A stretch of 64,000 bases of DNA from Bugula neritina (Eukaryota; Animalia; Bryozoa). Both the position numbers and the translations under genes were made by a program. This document shows positions 14,001-26,000 of the stretch, in pieces; the first letter of the stretch is position 1; each line of letters begins with the position of its first letter. A model generated the notes under the pieces. That model was not told the DNA's origin. It worked only from the letters and a program-made list of their open reading frames with translations, and ran no database searches. The DNA is taken from the NCBI GenBank assembly GCA_964035545.1, contig OZ037768.1, positions 13,463,675-13,527,674 of the forward strand, in the 5' to 3' direction.

Positions 14001-17000
14001 AAATGAGTATGTTGTACAACTATAGATATATGTGAATAAGGTAGAGGGTCTTTCAAAATATACAGATAATCTAGAAACTATTGTCAAAATATACACTGAT
14101 CTGCAGTTTAAACTTGTAAGTCATTTCAGTTATTAAGCTGTGTTGCAGCAGCTAAAAATAGCATGCAATGAAAGTTAGTTGTAATCAGGATAAGTTTTAT
14201 AATGGCAGTAAAGGTAAATCCAAAGCCAACTGGAAATGTCACCTGCACACTTTTAGAAACCCCAAATCAACTCAGCACAAAATGCATTATAAATGGGTCA
14301 CTTTACTTAATTTAGTACACACTGGAAATCTCCAGTTCTTTTAGCTATTTTTCACAATTTAGCTGCTAATGAACATGGTTTTTTTTCTCAAAACTAATAA
14401 ACATCAATAAATACACCTAAATAATCAAGATTTTTCTTAATTCTGCTTGATTTCCCATGTTTTTTCCTAATTATTCAGCTACTTTGGATTGCAGACCGTT
14501 ACGGTTTTCCGTAACGGTCCGCAATCCAAAGTAGCTGAATAAATAGGAAAAAACATGGGAAATCAAGCAAAATTAAGAAAAACCTTGATTATTTAGGTGT
14601 ATTTATTGATGTTTATTAGTTTTGAGAAAAAAAACCATGTTCATTAGCAGCTAAATTGTGAAAAATAGCTAAAAGAACTGGAGATTTCTAGTGTGTACTA
14701 AATTACATTAAGTAAAATGACCCAAATCACATTTGTTTAAGCATACAACCTTACAACAGTAGGCAGATGAAAGTTAGTATTTATAAGAATATTTTATTAC
14801 TGAATAACTGACATGATCATGGATTCTTTAAGAATTGCTTCACACAACAAACACACTAATAAAATGAAAAAGCATGGAATTAGTTGTTTTTGTTTCAAAA
14901 ATTTGTCTGAACTAAGCAAACCCTGATAACATTGACCTGCATTGGTACAAGAAATCCTAAATTTAATTTGTTGTGCGAAACTGAAAATCAGCAGATGTTC
15001 AATATTATTTGCTTTTAACTGAAAGTTTTATATTTTAATCATTCAATTAGACAGTAAATTCAGTTCTTGGTATTTACTTTTTTCCCATAAATTATTAAAA
15101 CATATTAAAATAATAATTGCATGTTATTAAATGACGCCAAATTAAACAAAGGTTAGAACATGCTAGTAAAATTAATTTAAGCAAAGAGTTGGTATGTCAT
15201 TTCAATCAATCAAACCATTATTGTAAATATATTTTGTGTGAAATTATTCAAAATAAGAAAACTATAGCTGAATGTAAATCTAGCTGCTGTAGAGTTACAT
15301 TCAGTTGAGTGAAATCTGGTGCTTGGATAGTTATGAATAGACCACTATAAAAGGTTTTTTGTCATGAATCAAAATGCTGTGCAGAAACTAATTAATGAAA
15401 CAAAATATCAAAACATATTTTTGATTTTCATTATACTATGTTTTCCTCATGTGTGAACCAACCCTAAAGGCAGTAGAAACAACCTCATGAAGGTTAAAGT
15501 TTTAAGCTGAAAATGGCAGAATATATCTACGTAGGTTAGAAGTTTAGAAGGTATATAATGGGATGGGAGATTAATAATGGAAGCATTCACAGCAATCATT
15601 AATGTTAAAAAATAAAGTGATTAATGTTGAAGAATGTTTGTAGTACTAATAGCAGCAGAACAGTCAAACAAAGTCAAATGTGCATTTGACTTGAATATTA
15701 GAATTTAGTGAAGTGTTAACTCGAGATCGACAAAAGCGGGTGATGCTACATACTACCTGAGTCGTTGACTCGGGTCAACAAATACTCCGCAGCAAATGAA
15801 CGTTCTGGCTGATTTTCACTCAGCTCAGAGAAGTTCATAGCCAGTGGTTTATTATTATTAGAAGTTGAATATCTAAGTCTTCCTGCAGAGAGCAATTCAT
15901 ATAAACATACAGCATATTATTTTGGTGTATTTAAAAACATTCTTTCTAATGCATTTATGTTGTATTTATTTTCTAAAATATTATTTTACCTTTAATAGGT
16001 TTTCCTCTATGCTTGCCATCTGTCATAATTTGTTTGTTAATGGCGTCCAAGTAAGCCTTCTGTAAAAATTATAGAATTCTCGTTATGATTCAATAGAAAA
16101 GTATGTATATTTATAATATATTTATAATATGTTTATAATATATGAATAATATATTTATAATATATTTATACTATATTTACAATATTATATGAATAACTGT
16201 GTGTGAAATTTATGATGACAAAATAATTTAAACGGACATTTAAAATATATTAAAGCATCCTGTTGAAAAGCTGGAATCACAATTAGGTAAAGCTGAAGAG
16301 CATATTAATAGGCTGACATGCTGTTCTGTGAAATTAAAGAGAGTTAAGCATGGAAAACAGTTAGAAAATCTATTTCACAGTTAGCCATAAGCTACCTGGT
16401 GCTCGGGCTCAGTCTCAGAGCTCTCGTCCTCCTCCTAGAGTTTATATAGATATGATGGTTAGTATAAAATACTAGAGTTTATGTAGATATGTTGGTATAA
16501 AAGACTAACGTTTATATAGATATGATAGTATACAATAACTAGAGTTATATATTATATGATAGTATAAAATAGTAGAGTTTTGGCTTGTAGATTAAAGAAA
16601 GAGGTGTAGATATATAATGCTGGTGAAGAGATGATAATTTCAATACATTCAGTAATTTACTGTTTTCAAATAATAAATTGTGACCTTGAAACTTTTTTTA
16701 GTAAATAAATAAGAACACTGCAGCTTGTTTATCAGTTCTCACTATCAGGTTTAAAGAGAAATCCATTATAAAGTTACACAACACTGTATGAAATATAAAA
16801 AAGTTTGTATAACACAGCAGCATAAAAGAATCTGATTGGATTAGAGTAACAACATACACACAGATATATAGTAAAGGTTTAATAATCAATAGGATTTCTG
16901 TTGTGTAAAAAGTTTCAGTTCTGACAATATGCACTGTTTATAACTACTCTAATATTACACTAGCGTAGACATCACAGCATGTATTCAAATAATTGTTACA

Positions 17001-20000
17001 TCTAAAGCTAATGGTTGCAAATGGTGTAAAATCTATATAAGGGTATATAGGTACCACATTCAAAAGACTGCCTAAAAATTTCTATCAACACAACGGAACC
17101 AAATTTATGCCCAATAACATTGCTAATGATTTAATTAGAATTTTCAATTGATACTTGTTATGTTCACGAGTATAGCTCTTTGGGGAATATTACAAACTTA
17201 TTTTTTATATAAAAGTTGCTAAGGAGAATCAATTGTTTACAACTTGGTTTTCAACATATAATTAGTAGTTAGATATTTTTATATAACAGCTGTTTATTAA
17301 GGTAATATTCACTGCGTTTCCATGAAGGAACCATGCGAATGGATTTTCTGGATTGCAGTTGCGGTTTTACTTCGATGCAACTATTTCCATAGGACGAATG
17401 AAAAATCCATTAGAATAATGCGAATGATGGAAACGTAGTGATTAAACAGCACTACTCGTGTGCTAGTAACTCAATACCACTCCATCTATTTGAAGATGCT
17501 ACCGGACACTATCAAAGTTAAGCACACAACTAGTTAGAAACTTAATTATGTAGGCCTACGCCAAAAACACACACGACTAGAATCTATCTGAGAGCACGTC
17601 AGATTGTTGCTCAAAACAAAGTTGGATATAATAGGTATAGCCATCTGCTAGTAGTTATACTGTGAATGTTTCAGTTACAGTTACAGCTATAGTCATACAG
17701 TAATTGCTGCGTATGTGATTCACTCAGTGACTAATGCTATGACACATGTTATAAATTAGTATGACAGAGTTTCCCCAATAGAGTGCAGAGATAGAAGAGA
17801 GTTGAACAGATTAGATGTATCTATGTGGTTAGATCAGACGTAACAACAATACCTCATCATCAGAGTAGATCAAACCTACACCAGTCACCACCAAGTCGCC
17901 CTGACACATAACATTGAACAGTCACGTACATAGAAACATAAAACCCAAGTCAAAGAAGCAAGAGCTAGTTCAATCAAACCGGGTCCACAATTACCTGGTG
18001 TCTATACAATTCATGTCTCCATGCCTGCATTGTGTAAGGGAATATTGAGTAATAATATAAGTGTATAAAATACAGCTGAGAAATAGGGTTCAGAATGCAG
18101 AATTAAACTAAATTAAGCCAAGCATTTACTTCTAAAAAACATGACTACACACTAAAGCAGTCTAAACACTGAGGCATAATCGAAATTTTTTTTAAAAACT
18201 GCTCAATTCTATTTGCATGCCATGAATTGAGTTAGCAAAAATCTTAGTTTAGTGAATCAGAAAAACCATTAAATTATATACACTAGGCTTACCGATCTTT
18301 CAGTATCGCCTCTGTACGGCACTTTATCTGAACAAGCAGGAGAGGGTATATCGTTGCCGTGTCTGGCAGATAGACAGCGTCTGCTATGTCCATGTAGCTT
18401 GTCTCTCATCAGTGGCTGGTTGTGGTGACAATTTTCATGTCTAGACGAGGCGCTAGACACTCTCGACCCATTCTGTAAGAGAATAGAGTGTCACACAGCT
18501 GCAAGTGTATAGTAGTAACTTATTACTAGAATATTCAGTTCAATTACTATAAAGTAACATTTTGTTCTTTATTTATGTAAGCTAACACTCAGAACCAATT
18601 TTTGCCTCATTTTAATTACATCTTGTGATTACAGTACTCTTGTTACCCTTCTTTGTAAGCCTTGCACCTATCGAAGTAAAATTTTATTAAAAAAACAGAA
18701 AAACATGTTTATCAATTTATCTCATCACTTTGGTTAACTTTATAATAAATGTATTGTTGAAGTCATAAGTAGGAAGCAAAAAGAAACTGAAAAAAATAAA
18801 GAAATGTGACTATGCATAGAAATTATAAAATCAGCAAAGCAATCTGGTGTTTTATTACTCCTACCTTAGCACTGGGAGTTGTGCTTGGACGGGCAGATTT
18901 ACAATCTCCCTGGCCGTTACATGTTGCGCCCTAAAGAAGTTAAGGTATTTCACAAGACAAGCTCAACGCACGTCTATGGGTAAGAAGGTAATTGTATGAA
19001 GAAATAAAGTTAGTCACACAAAGACAAAGACAAATGAAAAGGAGACAGTGGGACAGCAACTATTGGATTTCAATCATGGAAAGGTTGTAAAATAAATAAT
19101 ATTCTGAATACCTGCATAAACAACCTCTGTAAAAAATCAAAAACATTTTAAGCTCAAAGAAGCATGGACTAAACATTATTTAACCATACAACAATTTAAT
19201 GTTATTTAGGGTAAAAAATTGTTACATCATAAACTTCACTTTTTTAGAGATATCAATGCTTGAAGTTACGAAAGTTTGTAATAATTCTGAAACACGATTT
19301 ATCATAAGATTGTTTAAAATTCGGAACAGTTTTTACACAAAGTTTTTCCTTTACAGCAGGCTGTAGAACATGTAAAGTACAAAATATATTACCAAAAATA
19401 GCAACAAGTGATAGTCAAGCTATACAACTATACAAAAACATGTTTCATGTATCGATGATTGCACAATACCTGAGCTGCAGCTTTTTTCAACTTATCCCGT
19501 TCTTTCTTGCTGAGAGTTTTCTTTCTCTGGGCTTTTGCCTAGAATATTGCACAATAAATTCACGTCAATTTTTTTAAACGTACAACAGGGATTTAGAAAG
19601 TTGTAAATATAAAAATATATTTAGTAAACCTGCACATTGAACATTCTCAATATTAACACCAAAGAAGCTATGTAACTACTAAATTGTTCATAAATATTGT
19701 TCAATGACGTGGAGTTGTCTAACCTTGTTTTGCATGTATTCAATATTAACAGGAAGACCATCTGATACTGAGCTGTCGGATCCTCCGTCATCCTCACTAC
19801 AAGATATACTGAGTCATCACTAGGCGTCTCTGGTGTAGTATGTAGTGTATACTATGTAGTGTATACTATGTGGTGTGTAGTGTATACTATGTAGTGTGTG
19901 CTATGTAGTATTTAGCGTGTACTATGTAATCATGCTCACCTCAGATCTACACTGGCTGCCAGAAGCTCCTCTAAATTCACATTTGAAGAGAGAAGATCAA

Positions 20001-23000
20001 CAGTCTTGCCATTCACCACAATATTGGTTTTGCCTAGTCTGGCAAACTTCTTTAGAATCTGGCTCCTGAGTTCATTCTCCAATTCAGACAATACCGTATC
20101 ATACTGAAGAGGTAAATACATACATACAGATAGCACAACTCCATACTATATTAAAGAGGAGATGGCATTAATTACATAAATTCGTATTTATTGTTCTATT
20201 CCATGATCTACAGTTTATAAGCCGTAGCCAAATATAAACTAATATACTGTAAACTCCTAAGTCCTTTATTAAAACAATAATCAAAACACTTGCATTGTAA
20301 TCATAAGAAAAAACTATAAGAATAATATTTATCTCTCGACCTCCACACTACCAAGAAGCATTAAATTATATGTCTAGCAGCTAAGCAGCAAATATATGCA
20401 TTTTATAAATTCCATCAGACTATCATTACAAAAAAGCATTACTAATGTTTGTAAAGAATGAAAGCTGCAACTATCCCCAGAGGTTAGTGCATTGTAAAAT
20501 ATATATTATAAATGCACAATCATAAGCTTAGCAACATGTATAAGTCAATACAATGTAGTAGAATATGTGGACTTGTACAAATAAACAGAAACTACAACAG
20601 AAGTTTTCACAAAATAACTCAACAACTAGATTCAGTTTAAAAAGGTGCCAAAAGGTAGATACAAATCTAATACTGAAAGACTGGAGCTTATAAAAGAGCA
20701 TGCACTTAAACATAGTAAAGTGTTAGAGACAAAACCCATCAGCTCCAACCCAACCATCATGAGTTATTAGATTAAACCAGGGGTGTCCAACCTTTTCAGA
20801 GTGAGGGCCACTAAAATGAAATATTCAAGTGGCGAGGGCCACATTGTAAAATTTAGTTTGAGCTGGGGGCCACAACATCAGTATTTTTCATTACACAATG
20901 AAGTCCCAATAATTTCTGCAGGCTGCGTGTTTTGTTGCATGTATATAAATGAGACATTTAAAAAATGGTTTTGCCATTATTATGCTTTTGAGGGCCGCAT
21001 AAATGTAGACTGGGGGCCCTATCAGACCCTGAGGCTGCATGTTGGACTAAAAGATAAATACACTTTACACCATAGCTGCAGTGCCACCTATTAAGTGCCA
21101 TCACTTAAACTATTACTTCCTTATTATTATGCATGGCAAGGCATGAAATAAAAACAATAGCATATTTTAAACAAAGATTCCAGGTATATACATGTAATGT
21201 GTAGATTTGAGAAATGTATATTGGCAATAAATATTAACCACGGTTTAAAAAAATTGAAAAAAAATATAACAACCATGCTTTGAATTGAAATTTTTAACTC
21301 ATCTTTTGCAAAAGAAATATTAAAACATTAACAAGGTATTTTAACTGATTGTGAGCCTTTTGATTGGATAATATTTACAAGTCATAAGGTTATATGTATA
21401 TCTCACAGAGAATACTTTTAAAGGAAACTAATAGATTTAGTCTATCATACACCTAAAGTAATTAGTCATATTTATAAGCGGTTGTTGAAGACTTACTGTG
21501 TGAAAAGCTGCGAGAAACATAGTTGTTGCAGACAGCACGTGCAATGCTTGCAGCCAGGTGGTATTTAAAGGATAATTATGTGCCAATATAACATGTGGGT
21601 CAAAAAATAAATACACAAACATGCACCAAATATATACAAATATTATTTACCATGACAATGAAGAGCTTGTAGCACCAGCCATATAGCCCCGCAAGGGTTA
21701 CAAATGATATATATTAATGTAGTACATCAAATAGAAACACATTGTAAGTCATTTTATCAAAGCTATAACGTTAAGGAGAATGAGTCTTCACACAAGCAAA
21801 TTTCAATATTTAAATACAGCTAAAACATAACTTGCAAGACAATTGTTAGTTTGGCAGCAAATGTTCTTTTATTAGAAAATGAATTTATATAGTTAAAATA
21901 CATATCTCAGAAAATGCATTAACCGATAGAGCAGCTCGAAAGGAAAAGCACCCAACATAGAAACTTGAGGCCTGCTTATACCTAAGCTAATCTGCCCTAA
22001 TTATTGTCACTATTATTATGATCTAAGGCTAGATATTGTAGCCTTAGAGAAAAGTTAAGGAGCTGTGACATACCTTAGTTTTATCTGGGTCACAATAGTC
22101 TAGCAGAGTGTCACAGAAATGGTAGCCCATTGACTCAAAATCTTTCATGTTGAAGTGACAAGACTTTTTGTTACCCACTGAAGAGCCACAGAAAGTTGCC
22201 TAAACCAGCAATGAATAAAGTATATAAGCTATGCTTGCAGAAGTCTCCATCCACTGGGAACCCTAATGGTAAGGGTTTTTCCAGCAGACTAAGGACTGTA
22301 CCCCTCCTCCTATGTTGGCAACATGTGTTAAGGGCTTCTACTTAGATACAGGAGACATTATGACCGAATGCCCTTCCTGACATCACGAATATACCCCTTT
22401 CAAATGTTCCTATTACTCAATTTATGACTAGGAGTTGTGTCCCCTTATGAGGTACACACTCTAACCTTATTGTACAGAGCATTAAAATGTTAAGCTTGAC
22501 TGATGCATAGAACCCAAGCTATGCTATACTTGTTTTTTGGGAAATAAATATTTTGGTAGTATCGCACATATAAGCATATCTAAAATTACTTAATAGCATT
22601 TCTTCATTGAAAATTTAAAAAAAAATTACCTTGAAAAAATTTTCATGGTCTTTTTTGGTTATTGAGAAGTGCTGCAATAACAGGTAGGATTTAAATCCTA
22701 TTAAGTGTGATTAAGGTATGTACCTGCTAAGGGGGCACAACTCTCAATTATAAATTGAACATCAGGGACATTGAAAAAGGGTCTATTATCTTGCTGATAT
22801 TATAACTCAAGGCTCTTACTACGCCAGTGCCCTAAACAGGCTACCAAATACTTAGGAGAGTACACAACATTAACATATAAATAAAAAACACTGTTTGAAC
22901 AATCGAACATTCAAAATGGAGACTAAAGCATTTTCATAGAGTAATCTCACCTCCATAGTAAAACTGTTGGCAATTCCCATGTTCCACATGACTATCCTAC

Positions 23001-26000
23001 CAGTCCCTTCTTTCCCTTTTTGAACTTTGAAGCTGCACTCATCAAATGTGAACTGGGATACAAACAGTATACACTGTCAATGTGCCTACTTTATCAGAAA
23101 TCTTTTCTCTAGCTCACTATACTAACATAAAAATATAAAATCATGAAACCTTATTTACCTTGTCTGGGCAATTTTTGCCAAGCATTGCAGGAAAAATTCT
23201 TTCATGTAATCTCTTGCTCTTGTCCATACGATTTTCACAACCGTAAATGAAAACATTTTGCTTTCTGCTATGTCCATGTAAATCACAATACAAGACGACT
23301 TCTCGTTCTAGCAACAGTCTAAATAAGGAATACACATAAACAGGTGATAAAGAAGCATCAACTAATATCTGTAAGAATTGTCTATTAAAAATATCTCACT
23401 TTATAACAAAGGGTCAAAAATACAACACCTGCCATCAACCAGTATGGTTATTTTGTTAAGTCTTGCAAAACTCATGATTTATATTTGTTCAATAAACAAT
23501 AATGCTCACTTTTTGATCATAGTTTTAGCACTGATAATTGTAGGGTATGAGTCAGTTAACTGAGTTTTGTAGTTTCTGTTCAGATCTCTTCCTGCCAAAG
23601 AGCATCTGTAATTTCCAACTATCACACCATCCGGGTTCAACATTGGTACTATCTTGAATATGAATGTGTCTCGAAGCAACTAAAACATATTAAACTGAAT
23701 CTAATAGAAAAGATAAAGCGGTTAAAAGTGTAAATATTTGATACATATAAGTAGGTTAAACAAGTTGCAACCTAAAAGGAACTTACTTTGGCATCAGCAG
23801 ATTCACCCATCAAGTAGTCAAGCAAACCCTTCATCATCCAGCTGCCATTAGTTTCACCCGGATGGACTCTAGCAGTCACTACTACTGCCTTTTTGCCCTA
23901 CACATGGATATCTCAGTATTAACACAAGTATAAAGTCTTAAGGAAAATATATTTGTATATTATTAATTTAGGATTATAATATAAATCATAAAGTTATAAA
24001 TTAGAAAGAAAAACTTTCCTAATAAAAATCATGTTAGAAATAAAATCCATGACGTAAAAATTATTAAATTCTAATGTTGAATAAAGTCATACCACTGTTG
24101 GTTGTTGCTCGTTATACGGTGATGTAATAGTTAGCAGATAGACTAGATTTCCAGCTAAGGATCTTGTTAAAATTCTCAACTTACAAAACTTTGATTTTGT
24201 CTCATCTTCAACCATGTCATTGAGATAACTCTGAAGTTTTGGAAACAAACAAGAACCAGTGATGAATGCAGTTGCATAAAGGCTAACACTGCATGTCAAA
24301 CCAAAGATAAAACCTGACAATTTAACTGTTACCGAAATGAGCTACCTCAACAAGGTTATAAACTACCAACAAACAAGATATTAGGAATGATCTACTCGGA
24401 AATAGCGAAAGTAATATAACTAAATTAAATAAATAAATATGGTACACCTAGAATTTCAACATTATTTAGAAAAAATTGTTGGTTATACAAGTTTCCCAGT
24501 AATTTTGTAAGCGTTGACTTAGAAAAATAAAAAAATATGATCAAAATAAATTTAATTTTACAAAAATCTTACCTGAAGATCACTGTAGGTGTAAGGGTAA
24601 CAATGAGCTAAATATATGACATCATTGTCATGACTCATGGTTTGGGTGAAGGTAAGAGCATAGTATGGACGTTCTGTCTTGCCAGATGCATACGAGTAGT
24701 TAGACTTATAATAAGTGATGTCAGACCCCATCCGCCTCCACCCTAAACCCATCGTCTTATTGTCCTTTTCACTGTAGTAACATGGTTTCATTCCATCGTT
24801 GTACAAACTGTTTGACTGCAAACACAAGCAATTCAATTTTGACTGGATCCAAATATTGTGAAATACTAAGGAAAAATAATGTGCATTTATAAATGTTCAA
24901 CAGTATAAACTTAAATTAAAGAACATAGTATAACAAAATATTGACAGTGGGAATCTGAAATAGACTTTTAAAAATTCATACTTAAATATTTCAAGAAATA
25001 ATTTGCTATGTAAACTCACTTTCATAAAGTTGCATATTGTGAATCTGTATTTTTGTCCCTTTCTAGTGTTCTTGATTTGAAAATAGAACCATTGAGTGTG
25101 TTTGTTTGTGTAAAGATCATTGCGCAACCACAATTCGTATGAGAATTCATCACTACAAAATGGGTATATGCATCAGACCTGGTGGTAGTCCGTGTTGATT
25201 AATACCAACATAATTCTTATACCTATGTCTATAACATGCTATAATTAACAGTAGAGATATACATACAAGTCTATAAATATGCTATACACAGTAGTCGATA
25301 TATACATACATAGGTCTAAAAATATGCTATGATCAATAGTGGATACATGTATGCATTTCGTTGTCAAACCTGATCCAATTGCTTATAGCATAGTATGTCT
25401 AGTTGCAAATAACACAAGTTTACAAATATGCTACAAAGCAATTTAAATTTTTTTAGCAAATACACAACAATAGTTGTAAAGTGCCTATAAACGTTCACCT
25501 TGGCTACAGACATATTGATAACATGCTTTTAAGAATAACAGAATAGCATAGGAGAAATCAATTTTGAAAGCCAATAAAAAGCAAAATTATAGACATCAAG
25601 GAATTGCTGTCAAATTATAAAAGTCTAAGCAAGCAATTCACATGTTTATTTTAAGAGAGGCAGCTAAAACGGAACCTACATTTGAACTGCTTTCGCTAGA
25701 TTTCCGCTTTCAAATCTGGATTCAAATTGGAGTGTAGAATCATCAGGTCCATTGAGCTCTACAGATGCTTGTTTGAGTTCAGACTTACTGCCACCAACTC
25801 GGGAGTGTAAAAACTGTTAGCAAGTAAAAACAAGATGTCTAATATAGTTGTACTTTATGAGCTGATTTCATAATGCAAGGTAGATTACTTCTTGCAGTAA
25901 TACATATCAACAAGTTTAAATCATAATGTTGTGTAATAGTTATAAGTCACCTATATGCATTGGTGCAAGTGATAAAACAGGCTTGTTATGCAATACATGG

